Positions 9,046-17,951 of a stretch of DNA of 54,511 nucleotides are shown in pieces. Below the pieces are notes generated by a model. It did not search any database. It was not told the origin of the DNA and saw nothing but the letters and a program-made list of their open reading frames with translations. Position 1 is the stretch's first letter. The number at the start of each line of letters is the position of its first letter. Source of the stretch: a virus (lineage: Duplodnaviria; Caudoviricetes). The position numbers and the translations under genes were made by a program. The stretch covers positions 1 to 54,511 of the IMG/VR virus record IMGVR_UViG_3300042475_000999. One strand, written 5' to 3'.

Positions 9046-10433
9046 ACGGGATTGATTGTATCACGATTAACGTAGTCACGCACTGCGGTTAACAAAGTTT
9101 GCTGCGTTTTATCTTTTCGCCTGATGGCCATCATGATGGCTTCATCAATGGTGTCTTTAGCCATGATGTGATGCACGACAATATGATTCTTTTGACCCTG
9201 CCTCCAGAGTCTGCGAATAAACTGCTCGTAGACCTCAAGGCTCCAAGTCAGCGAATACCAGATGACTGCATGTCCAGTACCTTGTAAGTTAAGACCGTGA
9301 CCCGCCGACATAGGGTGAGCCAAAAGAACAGGTATCTTACCGGCGTTCCAATCATTAATAATAGAATCAAGTTTATGACCAATGACCCCACTGCCAATGA
9401 TAGGCGCATCCGGAAAGGCACCTTTAAGCCTCTCGAGGTCATGTGCAAAATGATAACCGATGATGCAAGGTTGGCCTGATAGCTCCTCGACCAGATCGAG
9501 AACCGCTTCCGTCTTCGCATCATGAAGGTGTATACTTGTTCTAGCATCGCCGCTTCCATCATCATCTAAATAAGAACCGCCATTGGCAATTTGCTGGCCT
9601 TTCATAACTGCCACGGCGGCGTTAACTGCAGTTACATTCCCGCTATTCAATTCCACGGTCAGGTCGTTTTCAAAGGCGTCGTACAGTTTTCTAGCCTTTG
9701 GAGGTAGATCTACCATAATGTCGTTATAAGTTAACTCGGGCAAATCTAGATGGTCCAGCGCTGCCATACGAAGCACCTTGCCAGCCAAGGCTGCATGGAT
9801 TCTTGCCTCGCCATCAGATTGCAGCTTCCACTCGTACCCGCCGTAGCCAGAAGGGAAGAAGTATTCTGTTCTGAATCGTGAGATGTAAGGCCCAAAGGTA
9901 GCCCCTTGGTCAAGGATCAGCTGCGGGCCAAAGATGTCAAGCAAGCTGTTTGGGGCTGGTGAGCCAGTTAAGCCCCACCTGCGGTCAAACTTATCCAACA
10001 AAGGCTTTATTGTCTTAAACCTTTGAGTTTGCGTGTTTTTCATATAAGATATCTCATCCACCGTCAGGATCTGGAAGGGCCAATCTTTGCCATTAAGTTG
10101 CGAAGACAGCCAGCCAAGGCCTTCAAAGTTGATAACGTATATGTCATGCTGCTGCTTTAAGACTTTAGCCTTGGTGCCGCCATGCAGCACGCCAACTGAG
10201 TAATCTGCAAACTGCTCCCACTTTTTGGCTTCAGGCGGCCACACGCCATGCACAGGCCTGAGCGGGGCAATGACCAACATCTTCTTGGCCAAACCTTTAA
10301 GCTTCAGGATTCTGAAAGCCGATAGCACAACAGCTGTCTTACCAAGCCCGGGATCCAGCCATAAAGCTGCCGAGCCTTTTTCCACCAGAAACTTTACAGC
10401 TTCTTTCTGGTACTCATGCGGTTCCCAAAACAT
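9036..10433 (-). CDS. SNF2-like superfamily 2 helicase
   Basis: PHEYQ Q-motif, DPGLGKT, VDEIS, LTGSPAPN, SAGHGLNLQ, RLWRQGQ; start set at MFWEPHEY. Confidence 0.92.
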   Translation of the reverse strand: MFWEPHEYQKEAVKFLVEKGSAALWLDPGLGKTAVVLSAFRILKLKGLAKKMLVIAPLRPVHGVWPPEAKKWEQFADYSVGVLHGGTKAKVLKQQHDIYVINFEGLGWLSSQLNGKDWPFQILTVDEISYMKNTQTQRFKTIKPLLDKFDRRWGLTGSPAPNSLLDIFGPQLILDQGATFGPYISRFRTEYFFPSGYGGYEWKLQSDGEARIHAALAGKVLRMAALDHLDLPELTYNDIMVDLPPKARKLYDAFENDLTVELNSGNVTAVNAAVAVMKGQQIANGGSYLDDDGSGDARTSIHLHDAKTEAVLDLVEELSGQPCIIGYHFAHDLERLKGAFPDAPIIGSGVIGHKLDSIINDWNAGKIPVLLAHPMSAGHGLNLQGTGHAVIWYSLTWSLEVYEQFIRRLWRQGQKNHIVVHHIMAKDTIDEAIMMAIRRKDKTQQTLLTAVRDYVNRDTINPVDH

Positions 10434-10701
10434 TGTCGATACCTTCCTTAGAGTCAATGATGTGGACGTGGTGGCCAAACTTTTCCAAGTCTTTATGCAC
10501 CTTGTCCTGCAACGCTGAGGTTTTACCTCCGGGCCGCTTTAGTTCTACCCACAAAACCCCGCCGCCTTTCAACGGCACAATACGATCGGGCCAACCACGG
10601 GCATAACGTACGTTCAACTTCAACGTAAGCAAGCCGCGTTTCTTGCAAGCGGCAGAGAAGTAAGTCTCCAAATGCCGCTCAAGCAATACTTTGGTTACCA
10701 T
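10414..10701 (-). CDS. VRR-NUC domain nuclease (putative Holliday junction resolvase)
   Basis: LERHLE...GWPDRIV...WVELKRPGG...LQ motif; start set at MVTKVLLE. Confidence 0.88.
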   Translation of the reverse strand: MVTKVLLERHLETYFSAACKKRGLLTLKLNVRYARGWPDRIVPLKGGGVLWVELKRPGGKTSALQDKVHKDLEKFGHHVHIIDSKEGIDNVLGTA

Positions 10702-11333
10702 TGGCAGGGCCCGCCATTGGATTTGCGGAAGTGACACCACCTGCAGCCGTAAGACGGCTTAGGCGCAAAGATGTCATCATTCTCAAGTTTGCCTACACGT
10801 GCTGAAAGCCAAGCTTGTAAGTCTGGGAACTCTTTGCGTGTGTATTCTGGGTAAGGTGATTGCTTGTTTAAGTCAATGTAGCAAATCTCGGTGGTTACGG
10901 TCTCCACCTCTGGGTGGCTGGCCAAGATGATTGTTGCATACAACCTTAATTGCTCACCATACTCACGCTCTTTGCCGGTTTTCCAATCAAGGACGTGGGC
11001 TCTGGCGCCATCGAAATACACAGCGTCATAGATACCCCTTACCCAAGCCTCGGGGGCCTTGAAGTCACATGGTTGCCAATCCTTGGTTACAGCAAACTCT
11101 ACCTCACTGCGAGTTTTCTTTGCAACAAGCTCTTCAAGGTAAGGCAGCCAAAACTTGCGTTCATCCGGGATTAGATTGAGATTGATCAAAGCATCTTCAA
11201 ACTCGGCGTGAATCATCTTGCCACGTTCCGCGGCGTTGCCTGCCGGCTCATGGCGATGCTCGATGCGAGTCAGCTTGTACTTGTAAGGGCAATCCTCGTA
11301 TGTTTTGATTGATGAGTTTGAATATGCCATCAC
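10695..11333 (-). CDS. PD-(D/E)XK Cas4/RecB-like exonuclease
   Basis: YSNSSIKTYEDCP, RGKMIH, GIYD..VLDWKTG, QLRLY and C-terminal CRWC..C (4-Cys cluster). Confidence 0.88.
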   Translation of the reverse strand: MMAYSNSSIKTYEDCPYKYKLTRIEHRHEPAGNAAERGKMIHAEFEDALINLNLIPDERKFWLPYLEELVAKKTRSEVEFAVTKDWQPCDFKAPEAWVRGIYDAVYFDGARAHVLDWKTGKEREYGEQLRLYATIILASHPEVETVTTEICYIDLNKQSPYPEYTRKEFPDLQAWLSARVGKLENDDIFAPKPSYGCRWCHFRKSNGGPCQW

Positions 11334-11560
11334 TTATCTTTCAGAGTATCTGTGTAAGGGAAGAACGGCTTTGGGTTTGCAACAACAAGCTTTACTTGCT
11401 GCATGCCATTGCGGCTTCTAAATCTGGGGTCTTGCAAGAAGATGCTAGGGCGTGGATCGCTTTGCCATTCAAACGGGCTTAGTGAAGGGGCAGGCTTATT
11501 GCCTTTTGCAACAAAGCAACCTCTTTCGTGATCATATTTTATCAGTTCCATTATTTGCAT
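11330..11560 (-). CDS. Hypothetical protein
   Basis: Operon-coupled small ORF. Confidence 0.55.
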   Translation of the reverse strand: MQIMELIKYDHERGCFVAKGNKPAPSLSPFEWQSDPRPSIFLQDPRFRSRNGMQQVKLVVANPKPFFPYTDTLKDK

Positions 11561-11735
11561 CTTTTAGTTTCTCGTAGTATTGTTTAGGGAACGGGTCTTT
11601 TTTATCTAGCAATTTTCTTAACCATTCAGCCCCGCCAAGATGATTAAAAATAATCCATTGTCTGTCTGACATTCGTACTTGCTTACCCATGACTTGTCTG
11701 CCAATGAGTGGCTCAGGAGGTTTTGGTCTTGGCAT
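11532..11735 (-). CDS. Small putative DNA-binding protein (ribbon-helix-helix-like)
   Basis: MPRPK...VRMSDRQW...LGGAEWLRKLL pattern. Confidence 0.55.
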   Translation of the reverse strand: MPRPKPPEPLIGRQVMGKQVRMSDRQWIIFNHLGGAEWLRKLLDKKDPFPKQYYEKLKDANNGTDKI

Positions 11736-11973
11736 CCTTCATGTTCCTTACGTATACTGCAAAGCTTGAAATAGTGTCTGCGCCGAAAGCAGTCATCTTT
11801 TCAATTTCACGCGCAACTTCTTCTATTGTGTTGTTTCGACTTTCAAGGGCACCTGATTCGTAAATCTTTTTAAGCGCTGCCATAAAAGTTGTATCAGTAA
11901 ATTGAATGAGGGCGCCGTCAAATAAAACTGCGCCACCCAAACTTTCAACTAAATCTACTACGTCTTTGTTCAT
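11713..11973 (-). CDS. Hypothetical protein
   Basis: GGAGG SD before MNKDVV; RNNTIEEVAREIE motif common in small phage proteins. Confidence 0.65.
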   Translation of the reverse strand: MNKDVVDLVESLGGAVLFDGALIQFTDTTFMAALKKIYESGALESRNNTIEEVAREIEKMTAFGADTISSFAVYVRNMKDAKTKTS

Positions 11974-12059
11974 AGCGGCCTCCAAACGTATAAGTCCATC
12001 AGCACAACCATGAGTCCCAACAGGAACACAACCCTTTCAATCTTTTCCCAACGTGTCAT
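11970..12059 (-). CDS. 29-aa single-TM peptide (not in ORF track)
   Basis: MTRWEKIERVVFLLGLMVVLMDLYVWRPL; TGATG overlap with the polymerase stop, GGAGG SD, and ATGA overlap with the next gene. Confidence 0.6.
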   Translation of the reverse strand: MTRWEKIERVVFLLGLMVVLMDLYVWRPL

Positions 12060-13879
12060 CATTTGACCTCCTGATACGTATTGCCGATTTTGTAATCACT
12101 GACCATGGGCACATCCATTGTTATTGCATTGCACATGGACCATGTTAAGCATTCAGCCTCGCGGACCACATGCTCTTCAGGAGCTGAGATAACCAACTCA
12201 TCATGCACACTAAGCAAAAGCCTACTGCCTTGCCGCTTGCTCTGGTACAACAGCATGGCCGCCTTGGCCTGATCAGCCGCTGAGCCTTGAATCAAAAGGT
12301 TAACCCCTTTGTAATCAAATTCACGCAGACGGCCATTGATGATCTTAGGCGGTTCCATCTTGATGAGACGCCCGCCAATGGTTTTAAGCGGTTGGCCTAA
12401 TTTATACCTTGTCCGCATGGTGGATTGCATCGTCTTGAGGCCCGGAGCCACCGCGGTGGTATATGCATCCATCAATGTCTTTGCCATTTCATAATCCACC
12501 TCAAGCATTTCACTGATTTTCTTAGGGCCTGCACCGTAGAGAATAGCAAATGATACGCCTTTTGAGTAAGTCCTTGACACCTCACGGCCGCTGGCCTCAG
12601 TCATCATCTTGGCTGCGTAGGTATGCAAGTCAGCACGAGCATCGGCTTGGTATTGCTTCATCAAATCACCGCCTTCAAAGTGCGCAAAGATACGCAACTC
12701 TTGAGCGTTGAAGTCACATGCAATTAGCTTATGCCCTTCATCGGCTAGGATGAAGCTGCGGATGAGCGGGAGGGGTGCAACTTCCAAAGCAGGGGGGAGG
12801 GTAACTTTCGGGTAACGGACAGGCGCATTTTGAAAGTTGGGTGTTGAGGAGAGTCGGCCGGTTCGTGTACCCCCACGTTCACCTCGTACACTGTTCCAGT
12901 TTGTGTAGATTCGACCTGTAGATGCAGAAGCTTGTAACCAGGGCTCAATGAAAGTTGACAAACATGTTGATAGGTTGGCTCTATATCTGAGGACATCTTT
13001 TAACTCCGCGTGTGTGATTAGTTCTTCAAATGTTTCTTTATCGGCTCTAGGCTGGCCCTTATCCGTGGTAGGCCACCCATTATCTTTCAACCAGTATTCT
13101 GTGGGATAAATACTATTGACCAGCTCTTTATCGCTGTCAAGATTCAAATCAGGAGAACCTAACAATGCGCGAACCCAAACATTACACTTTTCAATATCTA
13201 TTACTGCTTGCTCTTTTGCTTTTTGCAAACCGACTCGATCAACCCTTACGCCTAACCGGGAGTTTTCAAGTAACATTGGAATCAAAGCCACCTCACGGTG
13301 GTAAGCCTCCTGCTGTGCGGGTAAAACCTGCTCGATGAGATACTCATAAAGCTTGCTTGTAAGCCGCACGTCAGCTGCGGCGTATTTGCCAACTAATTCC
13401 ACGGGGCCGCGGGAGATGTATGCACCCCATGTAGACTTTTTACGACGTGCCTCATCAACATTAGCAAGAATCCATTCTTTCAGCTCATCCCTTTCATTAG
13501 GCGTGTCCAAGCTCCAAGTGACAACCAAATCTTTTAAAGATAAAGACTGCACGTGAGGATCGTGGAGAAAAGCAAGAATAAGAGTATCGTGTATGACTGT
13601 GGTGTTCTGTGGGATGGGTACATCCAAATGAGTTTCAGCAACATCAAGGTCAAACATAGCGTTATGAAAACAGATGTCGCGTCCGCTATCATAGATCATC
13701 TCCATCATTGCTTTAACAGCCGCTTGTGTTGTGTTATTGCCTGTAAGGTGGCCAAAGGCGTGGTAGCCGTCTGGGTATTCACCTTCAGGGTCGTAGACGG
13801 CCAAGCCAACTGGCACTGGAGGATACTCCGGCCGTGGGCCAATAGCCATTGTTTCAAAATCAAGATAGACAGGTTTCAT
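12059..13879 (-). CDS. Family A DNA polymerase with 3'-5' exonuclease
   Basis: ExoI LDFET, ExoII HNAMFD, ExoIII YAAAD, RTGRLSS, motif A DFNAQELR, motif B KGVSFAILYG, motif C VHDE; start set at MKPVYLDFET. Confidence 0.95.
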   Translation of the reverse strand: MKPVYLDFETMAIGPRPEYPPVPVGLAVYDPEGEYPDGYHAFGHLTGNNTTQAAVKAMMEMIYDSGRDICFHNAMFDLDVAETHLDVPIPQNTTVIHDTLILAFLHDPHVQSLSLKDLVVTWSLDTPNERDELKEWILANVDEARRKKSTWGAYISRGPVELVGKYAAADVRLTSKLYEYLIEQVLPAQQEAYHREVALIPMLLENSRLGVRVDRVGLQKAKEQAVIDIEKCNVWVRALLGSPDLNLDSDKELVNSIYPTEYWLKDNGWPTTDKGQPRADKETFEELITHAELKDVLRYRANLSTCLSTFIEPWLQASASTGRIYTNWNSVRGERGGTRTGRLSSTPNFQNAPVRYPKVTLPPALEVAPLPLIRSFILADEGHKLIACDFNAQELRIFAHFEGGDLMKQYQADARADLHTYAAKMMTEASGREVSRTYSKGVSFAILYGAGPKKISEMLEVDYEMAKTLMDAYTTAVAPGLKTMQSTMRTRYKLGQPLKTIGGRLIKMEPPKIINGRLREFDYKGVNLLIQGSAADQAKAAMLLYQSKRQGSRLLLSVHDELVISAPEEHVVREAECLTWSMCNAITMDVPMVSDYKIGNTYQEVK

Positions 13880-13887
13880 AATAAAGG

Positions 13888-13947
13888 TGGGGGTACTAAC
13901 CGCTCGTCTGCAAGCTTTCAAAAAGCCTTTGCACGGCTTTCCCCCCA
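13888..13947 (-). ncRNA. Candidate structured cis-regulatory RNA in the polymerase leader
   Basis: UGGGGG/CCCCCA stem, GAA/AGUA internal loop, AGCCG/CGGUU, UGCAA/UUGCA and GCUUU/AAAGC stems fill the SSB-pol intergenic gap. Confidence 0.55.
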
Positions 13948-13953
13948 TAATCC

Positions 13954-14697
13954 TTAGTACTTTGGATTGCCATCCACAGCAGGTGCTGCTTCAGAGTCTT
14001 CGTTGATAGCGCCGGCCGAGTCAATGGCCTTCTGCACTTCGGTCTTGGCACGCTCAATCAATGCGCCAATGACAGCGTTATCTTCAATAGCCTTGACCAT
14101 GTTGAAGACTACCTTGAACTGTGTCTTGGCATCAGGTGCAACAGCAACTTCACTGATCACACCCAGTGGAGGACGCTTCAACGTAGCAGCAAGTGTTTGC
14201 GCGTATGTTGCGTAGTTCTTTAAGCTGGTAACAGGTGGACGCAGCGCAGCAACCTCAGCAGCCTTGACAGCATCAACACTGCCAATGCTATCAGCAGGTA
14301 TCAAAAGCAAGCGGCGTGTTTCACGGCAAGCTTTACCCTTACCGCCATTCGGCGCGGAGCCCCACTCATTCTTAGGACAGCCTTCGCAGGTTGTGTGCTG
14401 AACTGCAGGCGACGCGGATGAGGGAGCCATGCCTGTTGCCGTTGCGCTGATGGCAAAGCAATCAGGGCCTGTGACCTTGGTAGGATCATAACGGCTGCTG
14501 TAGTACAGACGCTCGATGGGAGCTGCCAATACGACGCAGGCCAGCTTGTTGCCAGTGATTACATCACCACGGTATGTGAGGTTACCCCCCTTGGTGGAAA
14601 GAAATGCCGTGGCGAGGCTGCTTTGCTCGGCCTTAACCGATTCAATGGCCAAGGCGGCAAGTTGATCTTCAAACAACGCGATTTGATTTTTAGACAT
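13954..14697 (-). CDS. Putative ssDNA-binding/annealing protein with Cys cluster
   Basis: PDCF..CEGCPKNEWGS..GKGKACR motif, acidic tail, position directly upstream of pol; function inferred. Confidence 0.55.
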   Translation of the reverse strand: MSKNQIALFEDQLAALAIESVKAEQSSLATAFLSTKGGNLTYRGDVITGNKLACVVLAAPIERLYYSSRYDPTKVTGPDCFAISATATGMAPSSASPAVQHTTCEGCPKNEWGSAPNGGKGKACRETRRLLLIPADSIGSVDAVKAAEVAALRPPVTSLKNYATYAQTLAATLKRPPLGVISEVAVAPDAKTQFKVVFNMVKAIEDNAVIGALIERAKTEVQKAIDSAGAINEDSEAAPAVDGNPKY

Positions 14698-14721
14698 AAG
14701 GATCCTTAGTTAAACAAGAAG

Positions 14722-15087
14722 TTATTTACGACGAACGGTAAGTTCCCAGACCTCAGATGCTTCGGTCCCGGGGATGGCCTCACCAGCTTCCCACCGCTCA
14801 CGGAAGGCTGTTGAGGAAAGCCGCTTATGCAGCAATTCAAATTGGCTTGTCTGTGCGACATAGCCGTAAAAAGCTTGCCAATCTTTGATGGCAGGGTGCT
14901 TGGTCATTTTCATAGAGCATGATGCTTTATCAGATGCAGCTTGGCTAATGCCTGCATCAGACATAAGTGCCATGATGTCACCTTCAAGGCGACCAAGTTT
15001 GGCCGTCATGTCTTTGATTTTAGATGAGAGCTCTTCACGCTCGTTCTTGGTTGCGACGTAATCGTCGATCAATTCTTTAATGTTCAT
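14722..15087 (-). CDS. Conserved replication-module hypothetical protein (coiled coil + DW..FY..LL.KR motif)
   Basis: Start MNIKELID at 15087 overlaps the upstream stop (ATGA). Confidence 0.7.
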   Translation of the reverse strand: MNIKELIDDYVATKNEREELSSKIKDMTAKLGRLEGDIMALMSDAGISQAASDKASCSMKMTKHPAIKDWQAFYGYVAQTSQFELLHKRLSSTAFRERWEAGEAIPGTEASEVWELTVRRK

Positions 15088-15491
15088 GACTTTGCTTTCT
15101 GCTGTTCTGTTTGTATGATGGCCAACATCATGGCCTCGGGGGCTTGCCAACCCATAGGTTTGATAACGTCGTATTGTGAGCCGCGCAACGATCTGATGTA
15201 GTCATTAGCTGGTTCTTTGTTCATGTTGGCTTCGTGCACCACATTAAAAAGCTGGTCAAACGGCAACCCCATAGCATGTGCACAGCCCATGGTAACGTAG
15301 GTAAGATCAACCAAAGCATCAGCGGCGTCGACAAGGCTATTCTCCTCGCAAGCACGAAGGTATTCACTAAGCTCTTCCATGATGAAGCGAGCAAAGTAAC
15401 TGGCTTGCTCGGATGTAAGCAAGGTAGGTGTGGTGGAGACTGGCAGACCCATCTTGCGACGGAAGGCCAGTACTTTTTCTGAATTAGTCAT
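15084..15491 (-). CDS. MazG-like/PRA-PH nucleoside triphosphate pyrophosphohydrolase
   Basis: MEELSE...DAADALVDLTYV...VHEANMNK...KPMGWQAP; start set at MTNSEKV. Confidence 0.85.
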   Translation of the reverse strand: MTNSEKVLAFRRKMGLPVSTTPTLLTSEQASYFARFIMEELSEYLRACEENSLVDAADALVDLTYVTMGCAHAMGLPFDQLFNVVHEANMNKEPANDYIRSLRGSQYDVIKPMGWQAPEAMMLAIIQTEQQKAKS

Positions 15492-15936
15492 ATGCATAAT
15501 CATTTGCTGTTGTAGTACGTGCGGCGCATTCTTTGTACATAAGTGATTCAAATGCATTGCGGTTAGCTGGGTTAAGTGTTGCTGTAATGTCTTTGCCATC
15601 CATCAACACAACGTAATCAAAGCCAAGGCGCTTTACGCTATACAACACAACAATGTCGCGTTCAATGTCGCCATCACCCCACTCGGCTTGCCAATTGTCT
15701 AAGCCATAGTGATCTAAAGAGTATTCGTATTCATCTGGCATGGTAGGTTTTGGTGTTGTGTAGATGACGTATGCACTAAGATGGCCAAGAGCGCGTGCTG
15801 CTGCCATGCGCAATTCTAATTGCTCTTTGTATGATGCCAAGGCTGTAGCATCAGCAGGTACATTAAGAACAAAAGCCTCAATGCCTTGGTAAATTTCCTG
15901 CAGCTCGGTAAGAGGGATGCTTACAGTTTTAGTCAT
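15484..15936 (-). CDS. Hypothetical protein
   Basis: GGAGG SD before MTKTVSIP; ATGA overlap. Confidence 0.65.
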   Translation of the reverse strand: MTKTVSIPLTELQEIYQGIEAFVLNVPADATALASYKEQLELRMAAARALGHLSAYVIYTTPKPTMPDEYEYSLDHYGLDNWQAEWGDGDIERDIVVLYSVKRLGFDYVVLMDGKDITATLNPANRNAFESLMYKECAARTTTANDYAYD

Positions 15937-16445
15937 ACTGCCTCCACTGTTGCAAGCAAGTCGCGAAGCCACAGCGGCTGTTGGTCTTTGCCTTTGTTGT
16001 ACACAAGCGGCATGGTGGCAGCTTTGCTGGCATAGTAACGACGATAGGATTCGATGTGGTCGTCGCTTTTGTATTCGTCAGGCATTGCAAGTGTAGGTGG
16101 AGACCATTTGGTAGGCAAGGCAAGCATGGCCGGAGGGCACACTAGTAATTCGGCATGTAGTACATCATTGCTTTTGTGGCCATGGCCATAGCGATACTTG
16201 AATTCACGGCCAAGGAAGCGTGCAAGGTCGCTGGTCCAGTTGTAATGCAACCGGGACTGACGAACCCAGACGGCTGAGGGATGATTGGAATGTGTGGGGC
16301 GATAGGATACTTTGTCGCCGTTGCCGTAGTGGTGATGCGCAGTTGCAAGCAACTGGCAGGATTCGATAAGCATTTTGCCGACATGCTTGTCGCAATGCAT
16401 AACAGCAGCAATGCTGGGCAGATGGTGTAGATAGAAGATGTTCAT
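15933..16445 (-). CDS. Pyrimidine-dimer DNA glycosylase (DenV)-like protein
   Basis: MNIFYL..HCDKHVGKM.IE..QLL..YRPTH.NHPSAVWVR..AMPDEYK..YRRYY family pattern. Confidence 0.75.
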   Translation of the reverse strand: MNIFYLHHLPSIAAVMHCDKHVGKMLIESCQLLATAHHHYGNGDKVSYRPTHSNHPSAVWVRQSRLHYNWTSDLARFLGREFKYRYGHGHKSNDVLHAELLVCPPAMLALPTKWSPPTLAMPDEYKSDDHIESYRRYYASKAATMPLVYNKGKDQQPLWLRDLLATVEAV

Positions 16446-16447
16446 AC

Positions 16448-16465
16448 AATACCTTTCAATAATCA
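16448..16465 (-). promoter_or_regulatory. Conserved 18-bp leader motif copy 3 (TGATTATTGAAAGGTATT)
   Basis: Immediately upstream of ATG 16445. Confidence 0.75.
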
Positions 16466-16510
16466 AAAAAACAAGTGGACTAGTAACGTGAGATTAAATT
16501 GTACAACAAA

Positions 16511-16538
16511 TTTAGGGGCCGTATGAGGTACCCCTAAA
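16511..16538. terminator. Hairpin after the DUF932 gene (terminator or processing stem)
   Basis: tttagggg-n12-cccctaaa inverted repeat just past the stop at 16543. Confidence 0.45.
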
Positions 16539-16542
16539 AATA

Positions 16543-17505
16543 TTATGACAATGCCAAAAGGGCGTCAACCGTTTGTTGCTTAACATTGACACCGCCGCCG
16601 AACCATGCGTTGGCCAACCGAGCATCGCCGGTGCGAGCTGTTTCCCAATCCATCAGCTGAGTCACGGCATTCAAAGCGCCCCATGCCGTGCCTTTGGCAG
16701 ACTCTAACTCAGCGCCGATGCCTGCACCTTCGAAGAGAGCCAATGCTCTGGCTGCTGCGCGTGAGGGATTCTTTTCATCGCCGCCAAGGATCTTGGTGAA
16801 GATGGCCTGTGCCTGTGTAGAGCCAACCTTGATGGAAGCCAAGAACTTGGCCGTTTGCTCGAACACACGGAATGTTTCGTTGCTGTTGGCCAACTCGGCC
16901 TTGATGGCCTCGGGGCGGAAGATGGAGTTATGACGAACGCTGACGTTGGCCTTGCCTTTTTGCTGTGCCAACTGCAAAGTGTTATTACATACAACACGGA
17001 CGCTGGTAAGGCGTGCCTGAGTGGCCAGAGAGCCATCAGCGGAGCTGGCCAATAAGAGATATTGGTTAACCTTATCGCCTGCAATGTTGAACTCGCCATC
17101 CATCTTGGCGAGGGCCCAGTAATGAGCGCCATTACGCAGGACGCCGGCTGTTTCAAGGTGAGCAATATTGCCAACCATGTCGCGGAAGAATTCGAGGACC
17201 TCGATCGGCTGCACGATCTTGTACTGGCTAGACACCAAGCCGAGTGGCAAGTTGCTGTCTGTGCGGTACATTACTTTCTTGCCGTCGTAAGGCAAGGACT
17301 GCGCCTTGAAGCCGTTCCACACGCTGGCTGGAGGAGTGAACTGGACATCGGCGGTAGCCAATTGGAAGTCAAGGCCAGATTCCTCGGCCCATGTTTCAAT
17401 GGTTGAGTCAGCAGTTAACTGCTGGCCAAGACCGTGCCAAGGAGTTTCACCAACGTAAGCCATTGCTGCCTTGCCGGAGATTGTGTTTGCGATTAAGTGT
17501 GCCAT
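16543..17505 (-). CDS. DUF932-family (phage/plasmid LGT-associated) early protein
   Basis: PWHGLG, YKIVQP.EVLEFF, ETAGVL..G, DGS..T..RVVCNNTL, GTAWGALNAVT motifs. Confidence 0.85.
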   Translation of the reverse strand: MAHLIANTISGKAAMAYVGETPWHGLGQQLTADSTIETWAEESGLDFQLATADVQFTPPASVWNGFKAQSLPYDGKKVMYRTDSNLPLGLVSSQYKIVQPIEVLEFFRDMVGNIAHLETAGVLRNGAHYWALAKMDGEFNIAGDKVNQYLLLASSADGSLATQARLTSVRVVCNNTLQLAQQKGKANVSVRHNSIFRPEAIKAELANSNETFRVFEQTAKFLASIKVGSTQAQAIFTKILGGDEKNPSRAAARALALFEGAGIGAELESAKGTAWGALNAVTQLMDWETARTGDARLANAWFGGGVNVKQQTVDALLALS

Positions 17506-17509
17506 GATA

Positions 17510-17527
17510 AATACCTTTCAAAAGTCA
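17510..17527 (-). promoter_or_regulatory. Conserved 18-bp leader motif copy 4 (TGACTTTTGAAAGGTATT)
   Basis: Immediately upstream of ATG 17505. Confidence 0.75.
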
Positions 17528-17566
17528 GTTTAGTTACAGCAATCTGAAGTTTGTTGCTGTAAGTGA

Positions 17567-17594
17567 ATTATACGTCTGTTCTCGTGATTGAAAA
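17567..17594 (-). promoter_or_regulatory. Candidate leftward early sigma70 promoter
   Basis: Minus-strand TTTTCA-16nt-TATAAT in the AT-rich divergent intergenic region. Confidence 0.55.
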
Positions 17595-17951
17595 CAGGTT
17601 TTTGCAATTATTTTCAACTTTTTTGCATTTATTTTTGAATACCTGTGTTTTCAAAAACTGCAGCGGTTAGTGCTTCTGTATACTTTTGTTTCTCGAGGTA
17701 ACAGTTACTCAAAAGACCGAAAAGAAATACTTTTGCTGCCTACTGCAGCTGATGTATATTACTAATCCCACCTGTCTGCCGTAAGGGCAGATTCTTATTG
17801 ACAAAATGGAACATTATGACTATTGACATTACACATGGCCACCATTGGCCGAGCATATTCGCACCTGATATAGCCTGCACACAGGCAAAAAGAAAGGACC
17901 TAGAGGTAAGTCTAGATCCTTATAAAGTAGCAACTTGCAAAGAAAAGCACT

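Noticed and set aside
10695-11333. Cas4 as part of a CRISPR-Cas system
   Set aside because: No array or other cas genes; solo Cas4-like nucleases are usual in phage replication modules.
13880-13948. N-terminal extension of the polymerase (MGGKPCKG...)
   Set aside because: The ExoI motif begins right after Met 13879 and the extension coincides with a structured element; not fully excluded.
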